This document shows positions 1-9,700 of a stretch of DNA of 45,800 bases, one piece after another. The first letter of the stretch is position 1, and each line of letters starts with the position of its first letter. The stretch covers positions 1 to 45,800 of the forward strand of contig JAQGDQ010001346.1 of NCBI GenBank assembly GCA_030141605.1, in the 5' to 3' direction. Both the position numbers and the translations under genes were made by a program. The notes beneath the pieces are model-generated. The model saw nothing but the letters and a program-made list of their open reading frames with translations. It was not told where the DNA came from and searched no databases. The DNA is from Tubiluchus corallicola (taxonomy: Eukaryota; Animalia; Priapulida).

Positions 1-243
1 GACTGACTGACTGACTGACTGACTGACTGACTGACTGACTGACTGACTGACTGACTGACTGACTGACTGACTGACTGAATGACTGACTGACTGATTGACT
101 GACTGACTGACTGACTGACTGACTGACTGACTGACTGACTGACTGACTGACTGACTGACTGACTGACTGACTGACCGACCGACCGACCGACCGACCGACC
201 TACCTACCTACCTATCTACCTACCTACCTACCTACCTACCTAC
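1..243. repeat. Compound tetranucleotide microsatellite (GACT)n(GACC)n(TACC)n
   Basis: Seen directly; runs off the window start. Reverse complement of part of 3277-3577. Confidence 0.97.
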
Positions 244-586
244 CACTTACATACTGTCCTTGAAATTTTATACCACTTACATATTGTCTTTGAAATTTTA
301 TACCACTTACATACTGTCTTTGAAATTTTATACCACTTACATACTGTCTTTGAATTTTATACCACTTACATATTGTCTTTGAAATTTATGCCACTTACAT
401 ACTGTCTTTGAAATTTTATACCACTTGCGTACTGTCTTTGAAATTTTATACCACTTACATACTGTCTTTGAATTTTATGCCACTTACATACTGTCTTTGA
501 AATTTTATACCACTTGCGTACTGTCTTTGAAATTTTATACCACTTACATACTGTCTTTGAAATTTTATGCCACTTACATACTGTCT
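241..586. repeat. ~30-bp minisatellite (TACCACTTACATACTGTCTTTGAAATTTTA), ~11.5 copies
   Basis: Period 29-31 bp seen directly; accounts for the spurious ORF 425-637. Confidence 0.95.
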
Positions 587-1423
587 TTTTGCATACAGGA
601 CCTCAATCGGCAGTCACGCTGTATAAAACAGGTATAGTAAAACTCCCGCGATGACCGTTAAACCTATTTTGACGAAAGGTCATTGGAAACAAGTTTAGAA
701 AACATTGTGTAAGGTTTGAAAAAATAATGAGAGCATTCGTTGCGTATACTTCAGTAACTCAGGAAAATTTTAATTTACTGCATCTTGTCAATAAGATTAA
801 AAATACCTTTTTGTTAGTGGGTGGTGCACCCTGGAGGGTGAGTCAGCGACACTTTAGCAATTGATGAAAATATTTTAAAAAAATAATAATTTTCTTTTCT
901 AGTTACATAAGTCTTTCAAGCAGGTAAGTGAAATGCTAAGTAATATAACTTTGCATGGAAAGTCTTTTTGGGACAGTTTAACATTGTCTTTTCTTGCCAT
1001 GATTTACATTGTGCTTAGGTGACGTCATGTAATGCGTTTGGTTGCAGGAGATTTAAAACGAAAACAATCAAAAATTCTTTTTAGCACGAGTACGATATAA
1101 GCATAAATTTGCTGGAAAGTAATGTAAATTTTTAAGACGATTTTTCTGAAACCTCATGGACACCTTTTCTTGTTCTTTAAGGCCTATTTGCGCGATCCAC
1201 GCTACATTTTTGGAACAATTAAAATAACTTATAAACCTTTTCTAGCTCTTTCTAACTTGTGGAAAATAAGTTCAAGGCTGGTTGATGCGTGGCTGGCTCT
1301 TGCCACACGCAAGAAACGTTTCACTCTTTACCTACTTTTTGATATGATCGATAACACAATGCTTATTTGGTCACACATTAATAAAAAACAAACTAGTCGA
1401 GCAAAAAACAAGCAAACAAATGA

Positions 1424-1485
1424 GAAAACACAGACAGACGGATGGACGGACGGACGGACGGACAGACAGACAGACAAACAGATAT

Positions 1486-1522
<37 letters not shown>

Positions 1523-1548
1523 TAGACAAACAAACAACAAACAAACAA
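1424..1548. repeat. Compound microsatellite (CAGA/CGGA/CAAA)n
   Basis: Seen directly; intronic. Produces the low-complexity tails of ORFs 1170-1697 and 1328-2011. Confidence 0.9.
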
Positions 1549-1632
1549 AGAAATTAATCAATAAACGAAGCAAACAATACCAAAATTTGATCTGTGGAAA
1601 AAGGGTTTCGAATTGTATCAAATCAAACGTAC

Positions 1633-2010
1633 CTGGTGGCTGGGTCGTTGTGAAGAGTTTCCCAACATCTACCTTGATAGTAAAGTCACGCAAATAATGG
1701 TAGGTACTCATTTCAAGTGTGTAGTTGCCAGAGTCTGCCAATGTGGCTGATTCGATCACCAATGTTGCCACATAACATTTCAGTTTTGGTGTGCTTAGTT
1801 CAAGCCTTACACTACCCCAGAAACGATTGTCATAGGAAGGATTAGGAGATAAAATATCTAAAGTTACTTTTCCTTCATCCCAAATCCATCTTAGATCTTC
1901 GTATTCGATATCAGATGCTAAGCAGAATCCACGTGTTACTCTGACGTCAGCACCATCACGCACCACGCTTGTATAATTGTCCTCATCTATTCTATACTCT
2001 TCCAGATCCA
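1633..2010 (-). CDS. Exon 3 of LRR-Ig gene: immunoglobulin-like domain plus start of a Thr/Pro stalk
   Basis: Acceptor ttagttacag and donor CCAG|gtacgt; 378 bp, symmetric phase 1-1 as typical for Ig exons. Motifs LRWIW, LVIESATLADSGNYTL (DxGxY) and FTIKVDV, then TTTQPP. Confidence 0.85.
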
Positions 2011-2062
2011 CTGTAACTAAGGTATCAAAGGTTTTTACTTATTTATTTTTATTGATTTTATA

Positions 2063-2364
2063 TAGGTTTTACACGTCAAATGTAGACCTACGTTAAGTCA
2101 AATTTAGGTAATTCAAACGTGTTTTGGTAACTCAAATGTAGACTTAGGCAGTTCAAATGTGTTAACAATGGTTTTCAACAAATCTTAAGCGTTTTTCGTA
2201 AGTCAAATGTAGACACGTGTCAAGTCAAATGTCCTATGTCTACATTTGACTTACCTAAGTCACAGTTGAGTTACCAAAACACATTTGAAATTCCTGTGTC
2301 TACATTTGGCTTACCTAAGTCACATTTGAACTTTCCTGTGTCTACATTTGACGAGTAAAACTAT
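2063..2364. mobile_element. MITE-like foldback element with GTCAAATGTAGAC sub-repeats
   Basis: Left GTTTTACACGTCAAATGTAGAC pairs with right GTCTACATTTGACGAGTAAAAC; the internal sub-repeats switch orientation mid-element. Confidence 0.7.
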
Positions 2365-3096
2365 GTTATTATATAGATCTATTTCTCACAAAAGCAATCT
2401 ACTTTCAATGGTACGAAACAAATTGACTAATGCCAAATAATGCCAAAAAAACTAATTGTTTACAATAAAATACTTCAATTTGTGCAGAAAGAAAATCTTT
2501 TATGCACAACATTGAACGTGAGAAAGAGTTACAAGGCAGAGTGTAAAATTAGGGTGTGTATAGCGAAGAATGCGATTAGAGGTGCAGGTTAGTGAAGGGA
2601 GGTTAAGTCACATAATATGCACATTATATACAAGAAACCTCATGAAGTTAAATACATTACAATATTTGTATATATATATATATATATAGTCAGTCATTCA
2701 GTCAGTCAGTCAGTTATTGATATTGAGAATCATGTGAGTAATCATAGCATATATATATATTTTCATACATATATGATTATAGTCACATATATATATAGAT
2801 AGCCACAATCATGTGGCTATGATTACCCACATGATTATCAATATCAATATAGAATTATCCATATTTGGCGAATTTAACTTCTTCAAAATGTAATTTACTA
2901 CTGAACGGTTTCAAACAAAACTGTTCATTAAAGCATCTAAAAGTTAGCAGAATTTAGCAACAAATCGTTAGAATTCAGCAGACAATTCAGTGTATGAGCT
3001 AAAGCTGTGTTTCTGATTTTTTAAATTAATTTTATTTTAACGCTTTATGCTTTAAAGTATAATGAATAAATGTAAATGTTAAACAGTTAAAGTTAC

Positions 3097-3144
3097 CTGT
3101 CTTTAGTTTACTGACTTCGCTTCGACGCCGCCGCCTTATTGAAC
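3097..3144 (-). CDS. Exon 2 of LRR-Ig gene: 48-bp linker with polybasic (furin-type) site, GSIRRRRRSEVSKLKT
   Basis: Acceptor ctttctgtttaattcag and donor ACAG|gtaact; phase 1-1, joining the LRR exon to the Ig exon in frame. GC-rich relative to its flanks. Confidence 0.78.
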
Positions 3145-3167
3145 CTGAATTAAACAGAAAGTGAAAG

Positions 3168-3191
3168 TGTAAGTGAGTGAGTGAGTGAGTG

Positions 3192-3279
<88 letters not shown>

Positions 3280-3575
3280 GGTAGGTAGGTAGGTAGGTAG
3301 GTAGGTAGGTAGATAGGTAGGTAGGTAGGTCGGTCGGTCGGTCGGTCGGTCGGTCGGTCTGTCGGTCGGTCGGTCGGTCAGTCAGTCAGTCAGTCAGTCT
3401 GTTAGTCAGTCAGTCAGTCAGTCAGTCAGTCAGTCAGTCAGTCAGTCAGTCATTCAGTCAGTCAGTCAGTCAGTCAGTCAGTCAGTCAGTCAGTCAGTCA
3501 GTCAGACACTCAGTCAGTCAGTCAGTCAGTCAGTTAGTCAGTCAGTCAGTCAGTCAGTCAGTCAGTCAGTCAGTC

Positions 3576-3615
<40 letters not shown>

Positions 3616-3633
3616 GGTTGGTAGGTAGGTAAG
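3168..3633. repeat. Compound microsatellite (GTGA)(GTAA)(GTAG)(GTCG)(GTCA)(GTAA)(GTAG)
   Basis: Seen directly. Confidence 0.97.
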
Positions 3634-4319
3634 TTTATTTTATAACCATTTTATAATAGCAAGATAAGTAACGAAGTAATTTGCTGTTCTGGTACAACAT
3701 TCAATAACAATAGCATTCAGAAAATGATTACGGTGCGAGGACAAGGAAAGCTTGGTACTGGAAATATGATACTAAACGAAAAAGAAAGAATTTCCATCTT
3801 TCAGTACAAAATAACTGTTTCCACTAGAAAATAAAGCAGTTTCTTCAGTACAGAGAAAATTTGATGCTAGAAAACGTGTTTTATTGAAAGGTTTTCGAAC
3901 CATTATACTGTAATAAGTAGTGCGTGACCGCTAAAACTTCATATGTGACTAGGTACGTTTGAGAATTCTTTCAGCAAAAAATGAAATGCAAAATTTCGAA
4001 AAGAAAGGTCACTTTGTTTTGTTTTTCGGGAAAAACGATCACTTTCTTAGTGTTTTATCTTTTTTGTGCACGTGTGTCTTTTTGCACTAATGTTTTTCTT
4101 TTACTAATAGGTACCATTACGACCTTTGTGACTTTATTAGTAAAAGGTATAAATCAATTTAAATGAAATTATTCATTCATCGCAGCCTATATCAAAATCG
4201 TAATTACATATTAAGTTTTTCTTATGTTTCCTTGCTATTATTACATCATTTACTTTATTACATCAATTACATTAAGTCATCTACAAAACCACATAACTTT
4301 AATAATTTTTTCATTTAAG

Positions 4320-4454
4320 CAAGGTGGGTGTGTTAATGACCGTATGGTCGTACACTCACCTCGCACTACTCAAATCATTTTATTTATTATTTATTAATGT
4401 GTACGATATTGTATTTTGATGCGTGAAAATAAATTCATAGTTCATAGTTCATAG
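4320..4454 (+). mobile_element. Probable LINE (L2/CR1-type) 3' end
   Basis: Stem-loop GGTGGGTGTG...TACACTCACC, then AATAAA and a short (TTCATAG)3 tail. No coding remnant seen. Confidence 0.35.
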
Positions 4455-4739
4455 GTTTTACTACAAAAATTATCAAATTGATAAGAGAACAGGGTAGTGA
4501 CAGCCCGATCATATCACTGGCAAAAACGGCATGCATAAGCACAGTTACTTTTTCCGTAAGGACCACAGTATGGAGTGAGAACTGTTCAACTTGATACCCC
4601 TTACTACTGTTGCTGTTAGTAGTGGTGACGGTGGTCGTGTACTGTTGTCATGCTGCTGCTGGCGACAGTGGTGGCAATGGCAGAGATGGCGTGCTATTAT
4701 CATGATCATAGTTGTCGCCGCCGTCACTGTTGTCACCAC

Positions 4740-4923
4740 CAACAGCAGCAACAACAACGACAACAATAATAATAATAATAACAGCAACAAAACAACAAAT
4801 GCAACGACAACAATCGTGATGTTGATGATAGCAACGATGAAAAAACGACAAAAATAGCAAGCAAGAAACTAACATACAACAAGAATAACAACAACATCGA
4901 CATCAGTAATGACTACAACATCT

Positions 4924-5013
<90 letters not shown>

Positions 5014-5180
5014 GCAACAGCAACATCAAAAGCAACAATAACAATAACAACAACAACAGCAATAACAAAACGACAAAAGTAACAACGGTGACATACTGAC
5101 AGCAACAATGATGATTTTGGAAATGGTGGTAGCACTCACAACGAAAGAGCGAGAAAGAAACAGAAAAACAACAACAACAA
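4740..5180. repeat. (CAA)n trinucleotide microsatellite with degenerate flanks
   Basis: Pure (ACA)n run at about 4924-5012; accounts for the poly-L/V/N ORFs. Confidence 0.93.
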
Positions 5181-5787
5181 TGGCAAACACCAAACGAAAG
5201 ACAAACAAGTAAATAGGAAGCCAGCAAAAAACAAATAGAAACAAATACAAGAATATGTGAGCCCCCATAACTTGTTCGAATAGGTTATATAAAATATATT
5301 TTAATAGTATAAAACTTTTCTTGTAGCAAACTTTCTCTGTATAGAATTTTCCTAGGACCAAATTCTCCCAATGCTAAACTACCTAGTACAAAACTTGTTC
5401 CATCGCGTTTTTACCGTGTACTGTATTTATTTGTACAAAAAAATGCCTAACAAAACTTTATTAGTACCATATTTACCACTACCACTTTTTCTCTCTACTA
5501 AATTTTTCCAGTACAAAAGTTACCGCGTACTAAAAATCCGACTACCAAATTTTTCCGGTACCAAAATTACCAGTACCAAACTTACCGCGCACCTGTTTTG
5601 GGTTTAGTTTAAAAATAGTTCTCAAAGTTCTATGAGCAGCAAATGCTTTACAGAGAGACTTCTAAAAAGAGTGTTGACATTTGGGTTTATGCTAAGATTG
5701 TCTCAATAGTTATCGTAATGAATTAGCTTGATCTATATAAAGCACAATGACCTAAATATGTGTTCGGTTGCACACTGCTTTTATCTG

Positions 5788-6068
5788 ATGCTTTACTTGA
5801 AACGAACTGGTAACAAAAATGTGATGCTTTACTTGAAACAAATTGGTAACAAAAATGTGATAATTTAACTTGAAACAAATTGGTAACAAAAATGTGTGCT
5901 TTACTTGAAACAAATTAGTAACAAAAATGTGTGCTTTACTTGAAACAAATTGGTAACAAAAATGTGTGCTTTACTTGAAACAAATTAGTAACAAAAATGT
6001 GTGCTTTACTTGAAACAAATTGGTAAATCAATGTGATACCTACTTGAAACAAATTGGTAACAACAGTG
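5788..6068. repeat. 35-bp minisatellite (TGCTTTACTTGAAACAAATTGGTAACAAAAATGTG), ~8 copies
   Basis: Period 35-37 seen directly; abuts the donor site of the LRR exon. Confidence 0.93.
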
Positions 6069-6076
6069 TTACTTAC

Positions 6077-6722
6077 CTTGTTGCATAAGAGTTGAAAATT
6101 TATGGCCAAACTTAGGTTGACGAAATGGGTGTGCGTCGTTTTGATAAAATGTTGACATTTTAGTTTTTCCTAGCTTGTTTTTATTTACAGCAAACAGTCG
6201 ATTGTTTGACAAGTTTAACTCAGATTCCACCAAGCTAGGATTGTTACTAGTAGAAACTGTACGTAACTTAGTCAGTTGAGTGAATGCGTTCTTATGTATA
6301 AACTTAAGTCTGTGATTAAAACCTATAAACAGATTTTGTATATCGGAGTATATAGCATTTTCTCCTATAGATTGGAGGCGTGTGTAGCTTACGATCAGGT
6401 CTCGCACTGATGCTTTTAACCCTTTTAAAAATCGCACGGGTAGTTCATTGTCCTTGTAAAAACTAATGTAAAGGCGTAATATTGGACCTTCGAGTTTTGA
6501 AGTCCATTCCTTCAGTTCTTGTTTCGTGGCATGAAGGCAGTAAACGTCGCAAAAGTTCTGGTAAATTGCAGAACCATCACCTCCAACTACATAATCGCAG
6601 TTGGAGACCCTTTTGCGGAATGGCACTAGGCTGGTAGAACATGGTTTGTCCATATGTGAGAACCCGGTAGCACATTCAACACTCAGCGCTAAAACACACA
6701 ACCAAATCGGACTGAGATTCAT
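6077..6722 (-). CDS. Exon 1 of LRR-Ig gene: signal peptide, Cys-rich N-cap, ~4-5 leucine-rich repeats
   Basis: ATG at 6722 (the ORF track starts at an upstream TTG). Hydrophobic MNLSPIWLCVLALSVECATG; LRR-like segments IQNLFIGFNHRLKFIHKNAFTQLTKLRTVSTSNNPSL and ELNLSNNRL; strong donor CAAG|gtaagt, phase 1. Confidence 0.85.
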
Positions 6723-9700
6723 ATTGCGATGCAAGAGCCAATTTTTCTGTGATCATATTCGCGTTTGATTATATTTTAAAGACAAAGTTTTGAATAACAA
6801 AAAGAGGTATGGAACGTAAAAGGAGTTGCACTCCTCTTAGGTAATGACGTAGTAAGCAAATAAAGCGAAAATTACTTGAATATGTACAGTAGAAAACTAC
6901 AATCGCCAATCACTAGGACAGAGCGTTCTATAATAAACTACAAAGAGCAAGTGAAAATGATGTCACAATAGGAAATTGTTTTTGTTTTTAAGCCAAAAAT
7001 AGAATGTAGCAAAAATGAGCAAATGCTACATGCTGTAAATGCGTAATTAATTCTTTCTGCGTGCAGAAAGAATTCATTGTTCACCAGAACTGTGTGGGTT
7101 ACAAATCTGTGTTACATTTGCAATTCAGTTACGGCAGGCTGACATTCACCTGCTAATTCACGCTAAAAATGAACTTATGCACAGTTCCAAAAACGGTGCG
7201 TTTTCACTAAGTAACTTGCTAAATAACTCGTCAGCATGTTCAGACTAGACCGGGAGCAAAACTTGCTGCGAATAACTTTCGGACAGCAATTTAGCACGAG
7301 TTGACGCTCACTGTCTATTTGCTGTAAGAAGTGTCGAGAGTAACTTTCCGAGGAGTTGCATCAGACAGGATACTAACTCACATCAACTGTCGGAGAGTTT
7401 GAAATAACTAACCAACAATAACCCTTAAACTAGTTCACACTTGTGCGATGCCTGTAAATCGCCCGCTTGCTAATGAGGCTTTATTATTGCTGCTGTTGTC
7501 GAAAACACAGATGTAGCAGATTTATCTAAAATTAACGATGATAATTAAATGATACCCAGGAAAAGGCGTGCTTCCTGGAAAATGTAAAAATGGTTCGAAT
7601 CTCGTGACTGGCTGATCAAAGAATCTGAGTATGTGACCATCAGTAAAGTACACACTGTTCACTTGCAAAATATATGCTCTCTATAATTATAATTCACCAT
7701 CTTTGCACTCCTTATATCTGTGGCTCTAAACAGGGCATCCCTCTCCCTAAGAGGACAATGTCAGGCTTGGAATCGCAGGCAAAGTTAGATTCTTGCTATG
7801 CAGAAATCCTAGTCTTAACAAAAGCTTGACCAATCCCAATCATGAACTTTTTCAATCTGAGATCTGCAAATGAGCAAAAGAAAGAGGTTAAATCCAATTT
7901 CTGTGACTTAGTATGTAGATTAATTTAGTTTCTTTCTTTTGCTCATCATTGCGGATGGTGGAAAATTCTCCTGAGCTGTATGATTGTCAGTGATGCTAAG
8001 TAATGAAAGGATGTCTGTATTGACGATCAGGATAATAAAAAATGTCACTACAGCAACAATTAAAACTGTAATGATGATGGCAGATCTTCTTGTTAATGAT
8101 GATGATGACGACGATGACGACTACGAGTGTTAACAATGATGATAAATATCGCAATTCCAATTTTGTTACCGATAATTACTAACAGCTAAAGTTATTGTTC
8201 ACTATAATTATATTTGTTGCTGACATGTCTCCTGCTTGCCTGTGCTTGAAAGTAATTATTTTGTTACAGTAATAATTGTTATCATTTAAGAACAACAACA
8301 ACATCAACAGAATATCAACATCAACATCAACTCAATAAAGTAAATATATAACGTAAATTTCTAATCTACACCAGCAACATGTTTACAGAGTATGATTTCC
8401 TATTGGCGGGAATTGACTATTACAATTTTTACTCCTATTGGAAAAATCTCGTGTATCTTTCTTGCCAATCCAATAGGCTGACATGATCACATGATTCACA
8501 TTAAATACTAAAGAAATTCAACTTCAAACAAGAATGGCGGAGTAATAATAATTCACGTTTTGTGATTTGTTTTCTCGAAATATATTTAGTAATCTTTTAA
8601 TTTAATTTTTATTTTATTTATAGATTTTTTAGCGTGGCGGTCGTTGCAGCTATTTGAAATTACAGATTCAGCACGTCAACATCATTTGCAGATTTTTGGC
8701 GTCTGGTGATCACATGCCCCGGTCCAAATTTGCAGTGTGACTGACTGAGTGAGTTTTTTGTTTTTGGAAGAAATGTTTTTTAATAATTATGGTTAGTATT
8801 AGTCTCATATAGAATTCTGTCATGCATCATTTACGTCTAATTATGTAATTTCGTTCGCAGGCACCTTGAAAGGTAGTAAATTGGCTAGGACCCTAGCATC
8901 GTATCTGAATATGGTAAGTAGTGGACGAAAATTTCCTATTTTGAGTGCTGGATTGCTGCAGTAGAAGGTGGTACATAAGTTTTCTGTTAGGTCCGTGGGT
9001 ACGAAAAGGCACCAATTTTGAAATGTGTCGATGGGGAGCAGTTGCCCCCTTGCTTCTCAATTAGCTATGCCACTGATTTGAAGCCAAGTTGTTCCAGTGT
9101 AGTTCCATGATAGTTTTCACAAAGTTCTCTGATTTATCTGTTATTTGTGACTTGCAAGTGTCGCCTTATCACGAATTCTGCAAGTAACGAAAGCTTCCTC
9201 TTTTTTCTCTTTCTTTTGCCTGTTCATCATACTCATAGTACATTACAAGAGTGTGAATCCAGGTCATCTGCACTGGTAGCATAGTCACCATGCCACGATG
9301 CATCTGGACTTTCTGATTCATAACTCCCCGTGAGCCACTGTGTTTCCTGATGATTAGGGCAGTAAAAAGTTCATCCCTTACAGCTCACAGCCATATCAGC
9401 ATTTCCAATGGCCTAGTGATTACGGCATCCGTTTTGTCACTAGAATTATTATTATTATGTACATCAGTATGTGGCAGAATACAGTTAGTCACATTCAGCG
9501 CTTTTATTGATGTTGTTTCTGGTGTAATGGTAACATCCACTTTTTTCTTCTGCATATACTTTACCTCTTCTTACTGTTTTCTTTTCTTGGCTTTGCAGCA
9601 GACATTTGATTTTTCAAACGTCCAGTTTCTGCCCTTATACTTGCACTTTTTTCCGCAGTTTTGTTTGACACGTAACAAGATCTTAGTAAGACATTGAGCC

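Noticed and set aside
1328-1632. Hydrophobic, TM-looking C-terminal half of ORF 1328-2011
   Set aside because: It lies beyond the donor at 1632 and is largely translated (TCTG)n microsatellite.
4545-5361. Poly-L/V/N/C ORFs
   Set aside because: Translations of (CAA)n repeats; no supported exon.
1633-6722. Naming the LRR-Ig gene Trk or Fas3
   Set aside because: No kinase, second Cys cluster or additional Ig domains are visible; the resemblance is limited to motifs.
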